Below, in pieces: positions 1 to 9,657 of a DNA stretch of 64,000 bases. The stretch's first letter is position 1, and every line of letters begins with the position of its first letter. Location: positions 386,979 to 450,978 of the forward strand of contig CP064975.1 of NCBI GenBank assembly GCA_016699425.1, given 5' to 3'. Made by a program: the position numbers and the translations under genes. The notes beneath the pieces are model-generated. The model was not told the DNA's origin, did not search any database, and was given only the letters and a program-made list of their open reading frames with translations. The stretch comes from Candidatus Moraniibacteriota bacterium (GTDB lineage: Bacteria > Patescibacteriota > Minisyncoccia > Moranbacterales > UBA1568).

Positions 1-2
1 TT

Positions 3-98
3 AAGAAAGATGATCGCAAAGAAGCGGGTGTGGTTGCCGAAGATACGACAGCCAAGCTCGAAGCCGAATTCAATGCGCTCCCGGGGCCAAGGATATGA
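3..98 (+). CDS. 3' end of an upstream gene of unknown product (partial)
   Basis: Open frame runs from the window edge (…KKDDRKEAGVVAEDTTAKLEAEFNALPGPRI*). Its TGA stop overlaps the ATG of the next ORF in an ATGA junction. Confidence 0.3.
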   Translation, partial: KKDDRKEAGVVAEDTTAKLEAEFNALPGPRI

Positions 99-298
99 AT
101 ATGTTTCAGCGTTTTGCGATGAAGCGCGTCTTGAAGATGTCGCCTGCGGAACGGCAGAAAGTGATGCAGAAAGCCATGACGCCGAAGAATATCGAGAAGC
201 ACAAAGGCGAAATCATCGCTCAGCTCGAGGCGATGAAGAAGGCGGGGCAGATGTCGGATGATCAGTACCGCCTCGCGAAACGCAAACTCGGTCTCTAG
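95..298 (+). CDS. Small Lys-rich hypothetical protein (67 aa)
   Basis: 67-aa Lys-rich ORF whose ATG overlaps the upstream stop. No family was recognised. Confidence 0.4.
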   Translation: MNMFQRFAMKRVLKMSPAERQKVMQKAMTPKNIEKHKGEIIAQLEAMKKAGQMSDDQYRLAKRKLGL

Positions 299-300
299 AT

Positions 301-741
301 ATGGGGCAGCATCTTCCAACCGCGATACTCGCTTCCTACGCAATTCTGAAACAAGGTGGCAGGATATTATTTGGTCTGCGTCAAAACAGCGGCTATTGTG
401 ATGGACAATGGGGACTCCCGGCCGGTCATATCGAAGTGGGTGAAAGTTTCGTATCGGGACTCATAAGAGAGATGAAAGAGGAATTGGGAATTGATTTGAT
501 TCCTGAAAATATCCGTCTCGTCCATATAAACCATCGGAAAGCTGAAGACACATCGGAAAGAGTGAATGTGTTTTTTCTGATTGAGAGCTGGTCCGGCGAG
601 GTGGAGAATCGAGAACCCGAAAAAACGAAAGAGCTCAAGTGGTTTTTTGCGGATGATTTACCGGAGCTCACTATTCCGTACATCCGAGACACTCTTGAAT
701 ACATCAAGAAAGGAATCGTGTATCGTGAGGAGGGATGGTAG
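301..741 (+). CDS. NUDIX hydrolase
   Basis: Nudix box GHIEVGESFVSGLIREMKEELGI (GX5EX7REUXEEXGU). Confidence 0.8.
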   Translation: MGQHLPTAILASYAILKQGGRILFGLRQNSGYCDGQWGLPAGHIEVGESFVSGLIREMKEELGIDLIPENIRLVHINHRKAEDTSERVNVFFLIESWSGEVENREPEKTKELKWFFADDLPELTIPYIRDTLEYIKKGIVYREEGW

Positions 742-750
742 AATGAACCT

Positions 751-1953
751 ATGGAAAAGACTCAGGAACAACTCGTCGATGATATTTTGAGCCGAGGTAC
801 CATCGTTTCAATTCTCCCCGACAAGGAAAGTTTCCGGGTTCGGCTATTGAGCGGGGAAAAGATGAGATTTTTCATCGGTTTCGACGCGACCGCACCGACA
901 CTGCACCTCAGCCATGCGAAAAATATCATGCTGCTCGAGAAATTCCGGAAACTTGGGCATGAGACGATTGTTCTCTTTGGAGACTTCACAGCGCGGATCG
1001 GGGACCCGACAAGCGAGAAGTCAGCTCGGACCCAGCTTTCCCGTGAGGAAGTGCTACACAATATCGCCGCCTGGAAGGAACAGATAGCACCTCTGATGGA
1101 TTTCGGCGATGAGGTCAACCCACCCCGAGTGAAGTACAATCACGACTGGCTCTCCAAACTGAGTTTCGAGGATGTCATCCGCCTCGCTTCAAACTTTACG
1201 GTGCAACAGATGCTTGAGAGGGATATGTTCGAGAAGCGGATACAGGAGCAACTGCCCATTTACTTGCATGAGTTCTTCTATCCGCTGATGCAGGGATACG
1301 ATAGCGTTGCGATGGATGTCGATGTCGAACTGTGTGGCACTGACCAGACGTTCAATGCGCTCGCTGGCCGGACATTGATGAAGAAGTTAAAGCAGAAAGA
1401 GAAGTTCGTCGTTACGGTGACGCTCATGGAGGATCCAAAGACGGGGGAACTCATGTCCAAGAGTAAGGGGACGGGGGTGTTTTTGAATACATCAGCCAAT
1501 GAGAAGTTCGGACAGGTGATGGCTCAGCCGGACGAGATGATCCGGGTGCTGCTCGTGAACTGCACCCTGCTGTCCCTCGCTGAGATCGAAGTGATCATGC
1601 AAGCTCCGAATCCGCGTGATGCGAAGCTCCGACTCGCGAAAGAAATCGTCACTCTGTATCACGGGGCCGAAGCTGGTGTGGCGGCTGAACAATATTTCAT
1701 CGATACTTTTAGCAAAGGGCAGACGCCGACGGAGATGCCGTCTGTCACGGCAAGTGAAGGCATGGCATTTACTGAACTCATGGTCCTGGCGGGTGTCGCT
1801 ACGAGCAAGGGTGAGGCGCGGCGCAAGATCGAGCAGGGAGGCGTGTCGGTCAATGACACAAAACTTGAGGATTTTCTGGCCACAGTTTCAAAAGACCAAA
1901 ATGGCGCCGTCGTGAAAGTCGGGAAGAAGGATTTCTTTCGAATTATCCTTTAG
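751..1953 (+). CDS. tyrS: Tyrosyl-tRNA synthetase
   Basis: Class I aaRS with an HLSH (HIGH-like) motif, a KMSKS-like motif (LMSKSKG) and a C-terminal S4 domain (GEARRKIEQGGVSVND). Confidence 0.9.
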   Translation: MEKTQEQLVDDILSRGTIVSILPDKESFRVRLLSGEKMRFFIGFDATAPTLHLSHAKNIMLLEKFRKLGHETIVLFGDFTARIGDPTSEKSARTQLSREEVLHNIAAWKEQIAPLMDFGDEVNPPRVKYNHDWLSKLSFEDVIRLASNFTVQQMLERDMFEKRIQEQLPIYLHEFFYPLMQGYDSVAMDVDVELCGTDQTFNALAGRTLMKKLKQKEKFVVTVTLMEDPKTGELMSKSKGTGVFLNTSANEKFGQVMAQPDEMIRVLLVNCTLLSLAEIEVIMQAPNPRDAKLRLAKEIVTLYHGAEAGVAAEQYFIDTFSKGQTPTEMPSVTASEGMAFTELMVLAGVATSKGEARRKIEQGGVSVNDTKLEDFLATVSKDQNGAVVKVGKKDFFRIIL

Positions 1954-1960
1954 TGCATGT

Positions 1961-2578
1961 ATGTCACTGGAACACCCCGTCGAAGCGGGAAAAAAGAAAA
2001 ACGATTCCGAGAAGGCGAATCGACAGCGAACGGTTACGGGGTCCCCAGAGCACGAGATGACTCGTCAGAGGATGGCATTGCTTGAAAATATCCGGAAAGA
2101 ACTGAGGAGCACGACGGATGCGTTGGGGGAGCCGATTGAAGCGGGGATTTTCGAGACGGTGGCGATATTGAATGCGCTTAAATTTCCGACCTATCAATCT
2201 TGCGAGGGGCATCCGGATGGAGGGGGTGAGAAAGGGCGCATGAGTCCATGGGTCGTCGTCCACCCAGAAGAGCCGGAGCAGTCAGATTGGAAGGAACAAG
2301 AGTCGCTCCGGACACAAGTAGTCCAGATGAGTGAGGCACTGCAGAATAGACTAGTGAAGTTATTGGATGAATTCTACCTGAAACGACAAGCCTTTCCTGA
2401 TGTCCGGCTGGCGCTGCGGCCCTATAACTATGGGTTCTCATTGGAAAGCAAAGGGATGCAACTGTTACCGAATCTGAAGACAATCGAGGAAAGAACGAAT
2501 CGCAGTGCGCTCTATCGGAGGGAAATGGAGGATTTCACAGCGTTTCTCCAATCTCAGTTTTTTTCCCAGGAAAAATAG
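1961..2578 (+). CDS. Hypothetical protein (205 aa)
   Basis: ORF lying between tyrS and pheS with no recognisable motifs. Confidence 0.45.
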   Translation: MSLEHPVEAGKKKNDSEKANRQRTVTGSPEHEMTRQRMALLENIRKELRSTTDALGEPIEAGIFETVAILNALKFPTYQSCEGHPDGGGEKGRMSPWVVVHPEEPEQSDWKEQESLRTQVVQMSEALQNRLVKLLDEFYLKRQAFPDVRLALRPYNYGFSLESKGMQLLPNLKTIEERTNRSALYRREMEDFTAFLQSQFFSQEK

Positions 2579-2649
2579 CACGCCCTGTCTTTTGGGTAGT
2601 GTGGATGGGACCTGTGCGTGAGTGTTCTTCTTAGGGGTGGAGAGTAGAA

Positions 2650-2680
2650 TTTTGACCGACGGGGAAGCAAACGATAGAAT
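2650..2680 (+). promoter_or_regulatory. Putative sigma70 promoter of pheST (TTGACC-N17-TAGAAT)
   Basis: Read directly: ttTTGACCgacggggaagcaaacgaTAGAATgacactATG. Confidence 0.4.
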
Positions 2681-2686
2681 GACACT

Positions 2687-3718
2687 ATGACGCTCGATCG
2701 ACTGGAGGCAATAAAGAAAGAGGCACTCTCCGCGCTCGCCCTGGTGGCGGACGAAGCGGGTCTTCAGGCTTGGGAAAATACGTACCTCGGCCGAAAAAGT
2801 GAGTTCAATACGCTCCTCCGGGGAGTGAAAGAACTCTCGCCCGAGGAACGGAAAAAAGTTGGCGCTGCGGGGAATACTATCAAGCGTGAGCTGTTTGAGG
2901 CGTTCGAAGGAACAAAGAAAAAGAATACAATGACGGTCCGGGCTTCGGATACGGAGCGGATTGATGTGACACTGCCGGGTGGGGGGGATGGTACAGGACA
3001 CTTACACCCGATCACGCGGATCGAGCACGAGATTGAGGATATCTTTGGCTCGATGGGATTTTCAGTGGCCGATGGTCCCGAAGTCGAGAGCGAGTGGTAC
3101 AACTTTGATGCGCTGAATTTTCCACCCGACCACCCTGCGCGCGATATGCAGGACGCCTTCTGGCTCGCCGATACGTGGGGGAAAAAGAAATACTTGCCGC
3201 GTACTCACACGTCTTCCGTCCAGGTTCGGTACATGGAGACGCACAAGCCACCGTTCCAGATCATCATCCCAGGTCGCATCTTCCGTAACGAAGCGACCGA
3301 TGCCTCGCACGAGCATACTTTTCATCAGTTCGAGTGTTTGGTGGTCGGGGATACTGTCTCAGTCGCAAATTTTAAGTCGGTCGCAGAGACGTTCTTCACC
3401 ACATTTTTTCAGCGAGCGACGACGGTGCGGCTTCGGCCAAGTTTCTTTCCCTTCACTGAGCCGTCATTTGAGTTCGATGTAAACTGTCTCCTCTGTAACG
3501 GTCAGGGCTGCCCGGTGTGCAAGGGGACAGGCTGGCTTGAAATCGGTGGCGCCGGCATGGTCCATCAGCATGTCTTCGAAGCCGCCGGGTATCCCAAGAA
3601 TCGCTATCAGGGGTTCGCCTGGGGCTTCGGTCTGACCCGGCTCGCGATGATGAAGTACAAGATTTCCGATATTCGTCTCTTCATGTCGGGGGACCTTCGT
3701 TTTATCCGCCAATTCTAG
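2687..3718 (+). CDS. pheS: Phenylalanyl-tRNA synthetase alpha subunit
   Basis: Class II core with FNFDALNFPPDHPARDMQDAFW and the C-terminal GFAWGFGLTRLAM. Confidence 0.95.
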   Translation: MTLDRLEAIKKEALSALALVADEAGLQAWENTYLGRKSEFNTLLRGVKELSPEERKKVGAAGNTIKRELFEAFEGTKKKNTMTVRASDTERIDVTLPGGGDGTGHLHPITRIEHEIEDIFGSMGFSVADGPEVESEWYNFDALNFPPDHPARDMQDAFWLADTWGKKKYLPRTHTSSVQVRYMETHKPPFQIIIPGRIFRNEATDASHEHTFHQFECLVVGDTVSVANFKSVAETFFTTFFQRATTVRLRPSFFPFTEPSFEFDVNCLLCNGQGCPVCKGTGWLEIGGAGMVHQHVFEAAGYPKNRYQGFAWGFGLTRLAMMKYKISDIRLFMSGDLRFIRQF

Positions 3719-3721
3719 TTT

Positions 3722-6091
3722 ATGCTCTTTTCTTATCACTGGCTCAAAGAGCTCTCGGGCACGAAGAAAACACCTCAGCGCCTGGCGGATATGCTCATGG
3801 CGCATGCGTTCGAAGTGGAAGCAGTGATGCCGTACGCCCATGGTCTTTCGGACGTCATCATCGGGAAAGTCATGACCGTGAAGCCGCACCCGAACGCTGA
3901 TCGACTCCGGGTGGCAACCGTCTCGACCGGCAAGAAGACTATTCACGAGATAGTTTGTGGTGCCCCCAATCTCGCCGCTGGTCAGAAAGTTGCCGTGGCT
4001 CTGCCGGGAGCGAAACTCCCGGGTGGAATTGAAATTAAATCAGCTGAGTTACGCGGGGTGAAATCCGACGGGATGATCTGTTCGGCGCATGAACTGGGAC
4101 TCGGGGATGACCATGCGGGTATCCTCGTCTTGCCTCCGGATGCACCACTAGGCAAGAGCTTTAGCGCGTATGCGGGGCTCGAAGATACCGTGCTGGATGT
4201 GAAGGTACTACCGGACCGCAGCTGCGATGCGCTCTCGTACCGAGGGATGGCCCGTGAGATCGCCGCTCTCGAAGGCGGAATCGCTACCTTCCTTTCGTTG
4301 ACGAAGCGACCCGCTCGTCTGCGGAAGAGCGCCAAGGTACCGAAAGTAACCCTCAGGACCGATCGCGCCAAACGCTATCTAGCAATCCGGATGGACCACG
4401 TGACACCGAGTCCGAGCCCGCTGCTCGTTTTGGCACGGCTCAGCCTTTCGGGCATTCGTCCTAGACAGGCGATTGTCGATCTCACCAATTACCTCATGCT
4501 CGAGACAGGACAGCCGGTGCACGCCTTCGACGCGGACGCAATTCCCAAGGGAGGTATCGTCGTGCGTTTAGCGAAAGCGCGCGAGCGACTCTTGCTTCTC
4601 GATGGTACGCAAATTGCTTTGTCCAAAGACGACATCGTCATCGCAGACACGAAGAAGTCGTTGGCGCTCGCCGGCGTGATGGGAGGAAAGCATTCCGCGA
4701 TTAGTGAGAAAACGCAACGGGTGGTTTTCGAGATCGCAAGTTTCGATGCTCCGAGTATCCGTCGGACGGAAAAACGTCACCGCCTGCTGACCGACGCGGC
4801 CTATCGGTTCGAACGGGGTGTTGACGTCGATCGCCCGGGCGAGACAGCTCAGCTATTGGCGACCTATGTCGAAGCGTGGGGGATCGGGCAGGGACTGACA
4901 GTCCGTGACGTCGCTTCGCGCCCCGGGAAACCAACCGTTATCCTCCTCGAACTGGCCTATCTCGAACGCCTACTCGGGACGAAACTTCCGCTCTTCCAGG
5001 CCGTCCAGTATTGCGCCTGGCTCGGTCTCACCGTGAAGAAGGTGCCGAATCAACCAGTCCTCCGAGTAGTCGTCCCGTCCCGGCGGCCGGATCTTCGCAA
5101 CCCGGAAGACCTCATCGAGGAGATTGGCCGACTTCATGGGTACCACACCATCGATCCACTCCCGCTTCTGCGACCGGCGGTGCCGCTAGTGCGAGATCCA
5201 GCCAAGACATTTGAACGCACGGTCAAGACAACACTCGCCGCGATGGGCTTCGACGAGGTCATGTCGTACTCGTTCTATGGAGAGAAGAGTCTCGCCCTTG
5301 TTGCGCTGCCGAAGGAAGAGCATCTCGCGGTTGCCAATCCGATGAATCCTGAGCAGGCATTCATGCGCGCGAGTCTCTTCCCTGGGCTCTGTCGGGCTCT
5401 CTCGGCCAATGCCAAGCAGAGCAATCGTCTCAGTCTCTTCGAGTTCGGAAGTGTTCATAAGCGAGGGGACGGTGGTCCGCAGGAGGAGAAACACGTGGCA
5501 TTGGCCGTCCTCACTCCGGCAGGAGATTTGGCCGAAACAGATTTTCTCCGTTTCAAGGCCCGGGTAGAAGCGTTCTTCCAATCGGTCCGGGTAGAAGTTG
5601 TGTGGAATGAATTGGCAACTGGAACGCCAGCTGCCTATCGATCCGGCAGCGTGGCACATCTCACGACACGGAGTGGGCATTCCCTCGGGTATGCTGGGGA
5701 GATTAACCCGACGTTGTCCAGACGTCTCGGGAGCGGCACGAGAAGTTACTTTGCGGAATTGTCTGTACCGGCCGTGATGAGCGAGACTCAGGACGCGATA
5801 GTGTACCGTGATTTCTCGCGCTTCCCCTTGGCGCATCGCGACATTTCTCTCATTGGACCCAAATCCGTATCGTTCGCTGATCTCGAAACCGTGCTCTTGG
5901 CTGCGGGCGGATCGCTTCTCGTCGAGCACGAGCTATTCGATGTCTATGTAGCAGGGGAGGAGAAGAGTTTTGCGCTACATCTCTCATTCGGTTCACCCGA
6001 GCGGACGCTTTCTGGTGATGAAATGGACAAGGTGTTTGAACACATTGTCGAGGCAGCCAAAGAACGTCTCGGGCTCCGATTGAAGATGTGA
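3722..6091 (+). CDS. pheT: Phenylalanyl-tRNA synthetase beta subunit
   Basis: N-terminal MLFSYHWLKEL…, a tRNA-binding domain, and B3/4 plus B5 domains. It is 789 aa and lies immediately downstream of pheS. Confidence 0.95.
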   Translation: MLFSYHWLKELSGTKKTPQRLADMLMAHAFEVEAVMPYAHGLSDVIIGKVMTVKPHPNADRLRVATVSTGKKTIHEIVCGAPNLAAGQKVAVALPGAKLPGGIEIKSAELRGVKSDGMICSAHELGLGDDHAGILVLPPDAPLGKSFSAYAGLEDTVLDVKVLPDRSCDALSYRGMAREIAALEGGIATFLSLTKRPARLRKSAKVPKVTLRTDRAKRYLAIRMDHVTPSPSPLLVLARLSLSGIRPRQAIVDLTNYLMLETGQPVHAFDADAIPKGGIVVRLAKARERLLLLDGTQIALSKDDIVIADTKKSLALAGVMGGKHSAISEKTQRVVFEIASFDAPSIRRTEKRHRLLTDAAYRFERGVDVDRPGETAQLLATYVEAWGIGQGLTVRDVASRPGKPTVILLELAYLERLLGTKLPLFQAVQYCAWLGLTVKKVPNQPVLRVVVPSRRPDLRNPEDLIEEIGRLHGYHTIDPLPLLRPAVPLVRDPAKTFERTVKTTLAAMGFDEVMSYSFYGEKSLALVALPKEEHLAVANPMNPEQAFMRASLFPGLCRALSANAKQSNRLSLFEFGSVHKRGDGGPQEEKHVALAVLTPAGDLAETDFLRFKARVEAFFQSVRVEVVWNELATGTPAAYRSGSVAHLTTRSGHSLGYAGEINPTLSRRLGSGTRSYFAELSVPAVMSETQDAIVYRDFSRFPLAHRDISLIGPKSVSFADLETVLLAAGGSLLVEHELFDVYVAGEEKSFALHLSFGSPERTLSGDEMDKVFEHIVEAAKERLGLRLKM

Positions 6092-6186
6092 ACCAGGCCA
6101 CATCAGATTGGGCCGTGGTTTCTATGTCAAAATAGTGACAAAGCATATTAATTATGCTTCAATATACATGGGACGGCAGCTCTTTA

Positions 6187-6954
6187 CAAAACAGATCAGA
6201 CTACCGCGCTGGCCCTCGTAAAAGAGGGTAGTGAGGAAAGTCCGGACATCGGCCCGCCCCTTTGGTTAGAAAAGGCTTGAGGGAGCTATTTTTCGCCCAA
6301 AGGGGCGGGCAGCAGGTAGCGGGTAACACCCGTCTCTCGTTTCGGCGGGAAGAGGTGCGAGCAGTGACGCCGGAGCCGAAAGGCCGAGGGTTCCTGGACT
6401 GCCATCAGGCAAACCGGGAATAATCCTGTCGCAAGGCAGGAGTGAAACGGCTAAATCCTTATCTCGATGCAAGGTCGCGTCTCGCACCTTTTTTGGAAGC
6501 TTGGATGCATAGTGTGAGTGTATGGGGAAGATTGAGGCGCTTTTGTGCCAGAAATCACCCACACTCATTTCCAAAAAAGGTGCGGGAAGAACCGCAAAGA
6601 TCTCTCTGGCGACAGAGAGGCAAGAGAAATGGTAGTCCCTCGCACCTTTTAGTCTTTACGAGAGCATATGTATTACTTGTATGTGCTGAAGAGTAAGAAG
6701 ACAGATAAGTTTTACATCGGTTATGCTAAAGATCTTCAGCAAAGAATTCTTCAACATAACAATGGAGAGTCTTTAGCCACAAAGTCCGCTATCCCTTGGG
6801 AATTGGTATACTACGAAGCGTATGCTTCTCAGGGATTAGCCAGGAAACGAGAGGCAAAGCTCAAACATCATGGAAAAGGATTCGCGGAACTCAAAAAGAG
6901 AATTCTTGAAGACTAAAAGGTGCGGGGACAGAATCCGGCTTATCGATCTGTTTT
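6187..6954 (+). ncRNA. rnpB: RNase P RNA (bacterial type A-like) with a ~450-nt insertion in the P15-P18 region
   Basis: The P1 helix pairs 5' aaaacagatc (6187-6196) with 3' gatctgtttt (6945-6954). P3 is the hairpin ccctcgtaaaagaggg. The P4 5' strand is GAGGAAAGTCCGGAC. The 3' part GGGACAGAATCCGGCTTATCG matches the universally conserved ACAGAAnCCGGCUUA. The stretch 6470-6918 falls where P15-P18 would normally occupy about 100 nt. Confidence 0.7.
6668..6916 (+). CDS. GIY-YIG nuclease-domain protein (YhbQ/UPF0213-like, 82 aa) encoded inside the rnpB insertion
   Basis: N-terminal YYLYVLKS…KFYIGYAKDLQQRILQHN is the GIY-YIG signature. The C-terminal KGFAEL resembles E. coli YhbQ. The ORF is enclosed by the inverted repeats ctcgcaccttttagtc (6634-6652) and gactaaaaggtgcggg (6911-6926). 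Confidence 0.7.
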   Translation: MYYLYVLKSKKTDKFYIGYAKDLQQRILQHNNGESLATKSAIPWELVYYEAYASQGLARKREAKLKHHGKGFAELKKRILED

Positions 6955-6996
6955 GTACAGAGCCGTCGTCTCGGGGCTTATGTCCCGCGCGTATTT

Positions 6997-8451
6997 TTGC
7001 GTGAAGAAAGCACTAACTCGATATTTGTTAACGGGGTGAAACGATCGGAAATTTATTTCAGCGCCATCCAACTCCCAGTCGACTTTCTCATGATTGTCCT
7101 CGCGGCGCTTTCGGCCTATGCGGTCCGTGACGTGCCGCAGATCCTCGCTCTTCGGCCCAAGCTCTATTCTGTTGATTTCGTCGATTTTCTCCAGGTGACG
7201 CTCATCATCGCGCCGCTGTTCCTCGTTGTGTACGCGATCGAGGGGCTGTACACGATGCGAGCGACCCGAACAATGCTTTCGGAGGCCTTCAAGGTGTTCC
7301 GTGCGACATCGCTTGTCCTGGTGCTCGTCATTGTGACTATTTTCTTGAAGCGGGAATGGTTCTCTTCGCGATTTATCATTCTCGCCGGGTGGTCGTTCAT
7401 GGTGATGTATGTCACGATTGCGCGTTACCTTATCCAGCGTATTCAGAAATACTACCTGGCAAGGAAAGGTGTTGGCGTGCACCGCATCCTCCTTGTCGGT
7501 ACCAATGGAAAAATCGAACGGCTAAAGAAACTTTTTGCGACGCGGCCGGAGCTCGGATATGTGACCGCCGGACAAGTCGAAGCCGTCTCACTCCACACGA
7601 TCAAGGACATCCGTGCCGCTCACGGCATTGATGAGATCATGGTCTGCGATCCGTCGCTAACCGATGATGAGCAGGAAAAGCTCCTCGACTATTGTCAGAT
7701 CAACAACATCACGTTGAAGTATCTCCCAACGACGCGTGAGACCTCGCGATTCACGATGAGTATCTTCAATGGCGAGCCGATTATCGAGTTTCAACACACT
7801 CCGCTTGATGGCTGGGGGAAAATCTTGAAGCGCGCGTTCGATATCGTTGGCGGTGTGTTCTTGACGATCCTGTTTTCACCTATCATGCTCGCGATCGCGA
7901 TTCTGACGAAGCTGGAGGATCCGGATGGTCCGATCATCTATACCAATGAGCGGATTGGTGAAGACGGGGAGAAGATTTCCGTGTTCAAGTTCCGCTATAT
8001 GCAGTGGAAGTGGTGCATCAACAAGAAGAATCCGAACTTTGGAGCCGCGCTCGAATTTGAAAAGCAGCTCATCGCGGAGCGGAGCGTTCGTCAGGGCCCA
8101 CTCTACAAGATCAAGGATGACCCACGCAAGACAAAAGTGGGTGCGTTCATTGAACGTTACTCACTCGATGAGCTCCCGCAGTTCTTCAATGTGTTGCGTG
8201 GGGAAATGAGTCTGGTGGGCCCCCGACCGCATCAAAAGCGCGAGGTCGAGAAATACAGCGAGTACCATCGTCGGCTGCTCACTATCAAACCGGGAATTAC
8301 TGGCATGGCGCAGGTTTCCGGTCGCTCGGATCTTGATTTCGAAGATGAGTTCCGGCTTGATGTCTTCTATATCGAAAATTGGTCCCTCTGGGTTGATATC
8401 GTGGTTTGCCTGAAGACCGCGGGAGCGCTCCTCCGCCGCCGGAAGAACTAA
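6997..8451 (+). CDS. Polyprenyl-phosphate sugar-1-phosphate transferase (WbaP/EpsB 'bacterial sugar transferase' family)
   Basis: Several N-terminal TM segments. The C-terminal catalytic domain carries …FKFRYM…LDELPQFFNVLRGEMSLVGPRP. The exact start codon is uncertain. Confidence 0.8.
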   Translation: MREESTNSIFVNGVKRSEIYFSAIQLPVDFLMIVLAALSAYAVRDVPQILALRPKLYSVDFVDFLQVTLIIAPLFLVVYAIEGLYTMRATRTMLSEAFKVFRATSLVLVLVIVTIFLKREWFSSRFIILAGWSFMVMYVTIARYLIQRIQKYYLARKGVGVHRILLVGTNGKIERLKKLFATRPELGYVTAGQVEAVSLHTIKDIRAAHGIDEIMVCDPSLTDDEQEKLLDYCQINNITLKYLPTTRETSRFTMSIFNGEPIIEFQHTPLDGWGKILKRAFDIVGGVFLTILFSPIMLAIAILTKLEDPDGPIIYTNERIGEDGEKISVFKFRYMQWKWCINKKNPNFGAALEFEKQLIAERSVRQGPLYKIKDDPRKTKVGAFIERYSLDELPQFFNVLRGEMSLVGPRPHQKREVEKYSEYHRRLLTIKPGITGMAQVSGRSDLDFEDEFRLDVFYIENWSLWVDIVVCLKTAGALLRRRKN

Positions 8452-8584
8452 TAGTAACAGGGTGCTGGGTAGCGAGGGGTGAGTTTTTAGATAATACCGG
8501 ACAGACAAGTTTAGGTGTAGAATAGAGTTACAGATTGGACTCCCTTTCAATTTCTGGCTCCTAACCCCTAATCTTTTCGGTCTT

Positions 8585-8941
8585 ATGAAACTTATTCTGC
8601 GTTGGGCGCTCAGTGCTGGTGCGTTCTGGATCGTCGCTCACTATGTCCCGGGTGTGAGCTTGGCGAGCTGGAAGGTGGCGCTCATTTTGTCGTTCCTCTG
8701 GGGACTCATCGGCTTTACCGTGAAGCCGGTACTCGTGCTCCTGACGCTTCCGATTAATTTCCTGACGTTTGGACTGTTCACGCTCGTCATCAACGGGTTT
8801 CTCCTCTGGCTCCTCGGTGGAGTTGTAAAGGGCTTTGAAGTTGATACGTTTGTCCATGCGATCGTCGGCGCTCTCGCGCTGTCGCTCCTCGTTGGAGTTA
8901 TCAACTGGTTTCTGGATGCTGCTGATCGAGAAGATGACTAA
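8585..8941 (+). CDS. Phage-holin-4/DUF360-like 4-TM membrane protein
   Basis: 118 aa. Matches the YvlD/holin-4 family pattern …VKPVLVLLTLPINFLTFGLFTLVINGFLLWLL…. Confidence 0.55.
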   Translation: MKLILRWALSAGAFWIVAHYVPGVSLASWKVALILSFLWGLIGFTVKPVLVLLTLPINFLTFGLFTLVINGFLLWLLGGVVKGFEVDTFVHAIVGALALSLLVGVINWFLDAADREDD

Positions 8942-8964
8942 GGTCTTTCTTGACTCTACGGTCA

Positions 8965-9657
8965 TTACTCTTTCCGACGAGCGATCCAGGTGAAGAAAAG
9001 AATTCCAAGGAGAAGTCCTGAAACCCCAAGTGTGAGCATCGAACCTTTCGCAATAGCCGGCTTGTACTGTGAAAGCCTGTTTTCTAATGCTTCAATACGC
9101 TCGGTAGGGTTTCCTCCGTTTGGTGCGTAGAGCGGACGGATTTCGAGTGTGCGTCCAAGATAGGTTTTCCCTTTGCCGTGATCAGTATACGAGAGTTCTT
9201 GAGATGACTCTGCTTCGGTGACCCTGATATAGGGCCGCTCCTTCTTTTTCCAGAGGCCTGGATGATATTCAATAGAGAGGCAATAGGAATTGTTTGTGCT
9301 AGCAGGGATGGTGGGAAATACGAAATGAATATCTCGTCTCGTTGGAATCGAGAACATGTTCCGGTTCGCACGGGCGAATACCTTGTGGCATGTCAGGTCC
9401 GACAGTACGAACTCGATCCGTTCACCGAGCCCGAGATCCGTATCGCCCATGAATATCTGAAAGCCTTCAAGTTCGTCCTGGTCCGCAATGAACACTTGAG
9501 TAATCGGGCCATTTGATGAGAGCTCAGCTCGTTTGGTATCCCCAAGAAAGTTCTGTGATGAATCAGGGAAATGAAGCAGGCTGAAGAACGCGACTCCGCA
9601 GGCTCCGATTGTAACGGTGAGGATGAGCGTCTTTGTGTTGAACCGGGCTAATTTCAT
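8965..9657 (-). CDS. Hypothetical exported/membrane-anchored protein
   Basis: Start placed at MKLARFNTKTLILTVTIGACGVAFF, a signal peptide or TM segment. Its ATG overlaps the upstream gene's stop (ATGA). It also has a C-terminal TM segment. Confidence 0.5.
   Translation of the reverse strand: MKLARFNTKTLILTVTIGACGVAFFSLLHFPDSSQNFLGDTKRAELSSNGPITQVFIADQDELEGFQIFMGDTDLGLGERIEFVLSDLTCHKVFARANRNMFSIPTRRDIHFVFPTIPASTNNSYCLSIEYHPGLWKKKERPYIRVTEAESSQELSYTDHGKGKTYLGRTLEIRPLYAPNGGNPTERIEALENRLSQYKPAIAKGSMLTLGVSGLLLGILFFTWIARRKE

Noticed and set aside
10-261. 83-aa ORF 10-261 overlapping the 95-298 ORF
   Set aside because: It is in a different frame from the better-composed Lys-rich 95-298 ORF and has an implausible Arg/Gly/acidic composition. 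It also overlaps the 3' end of the upstream partial gene.
5186-5929. 247-aa minus-strand ORF inside pheT
   Set aside because: It overlaps the strongly supported pheT coding sequence completely, so it is an antisense artefact.
6266-6696. ORFs 6266-6574 (minus) and 6442-6696 (plus) in the tyrS/pheT-to-GT gap
   Set aside because: Both lie inside the RNase P RNA core or its structured insertion, which explains the open frames. There is no ribosome-binding site and no protein-like composition.
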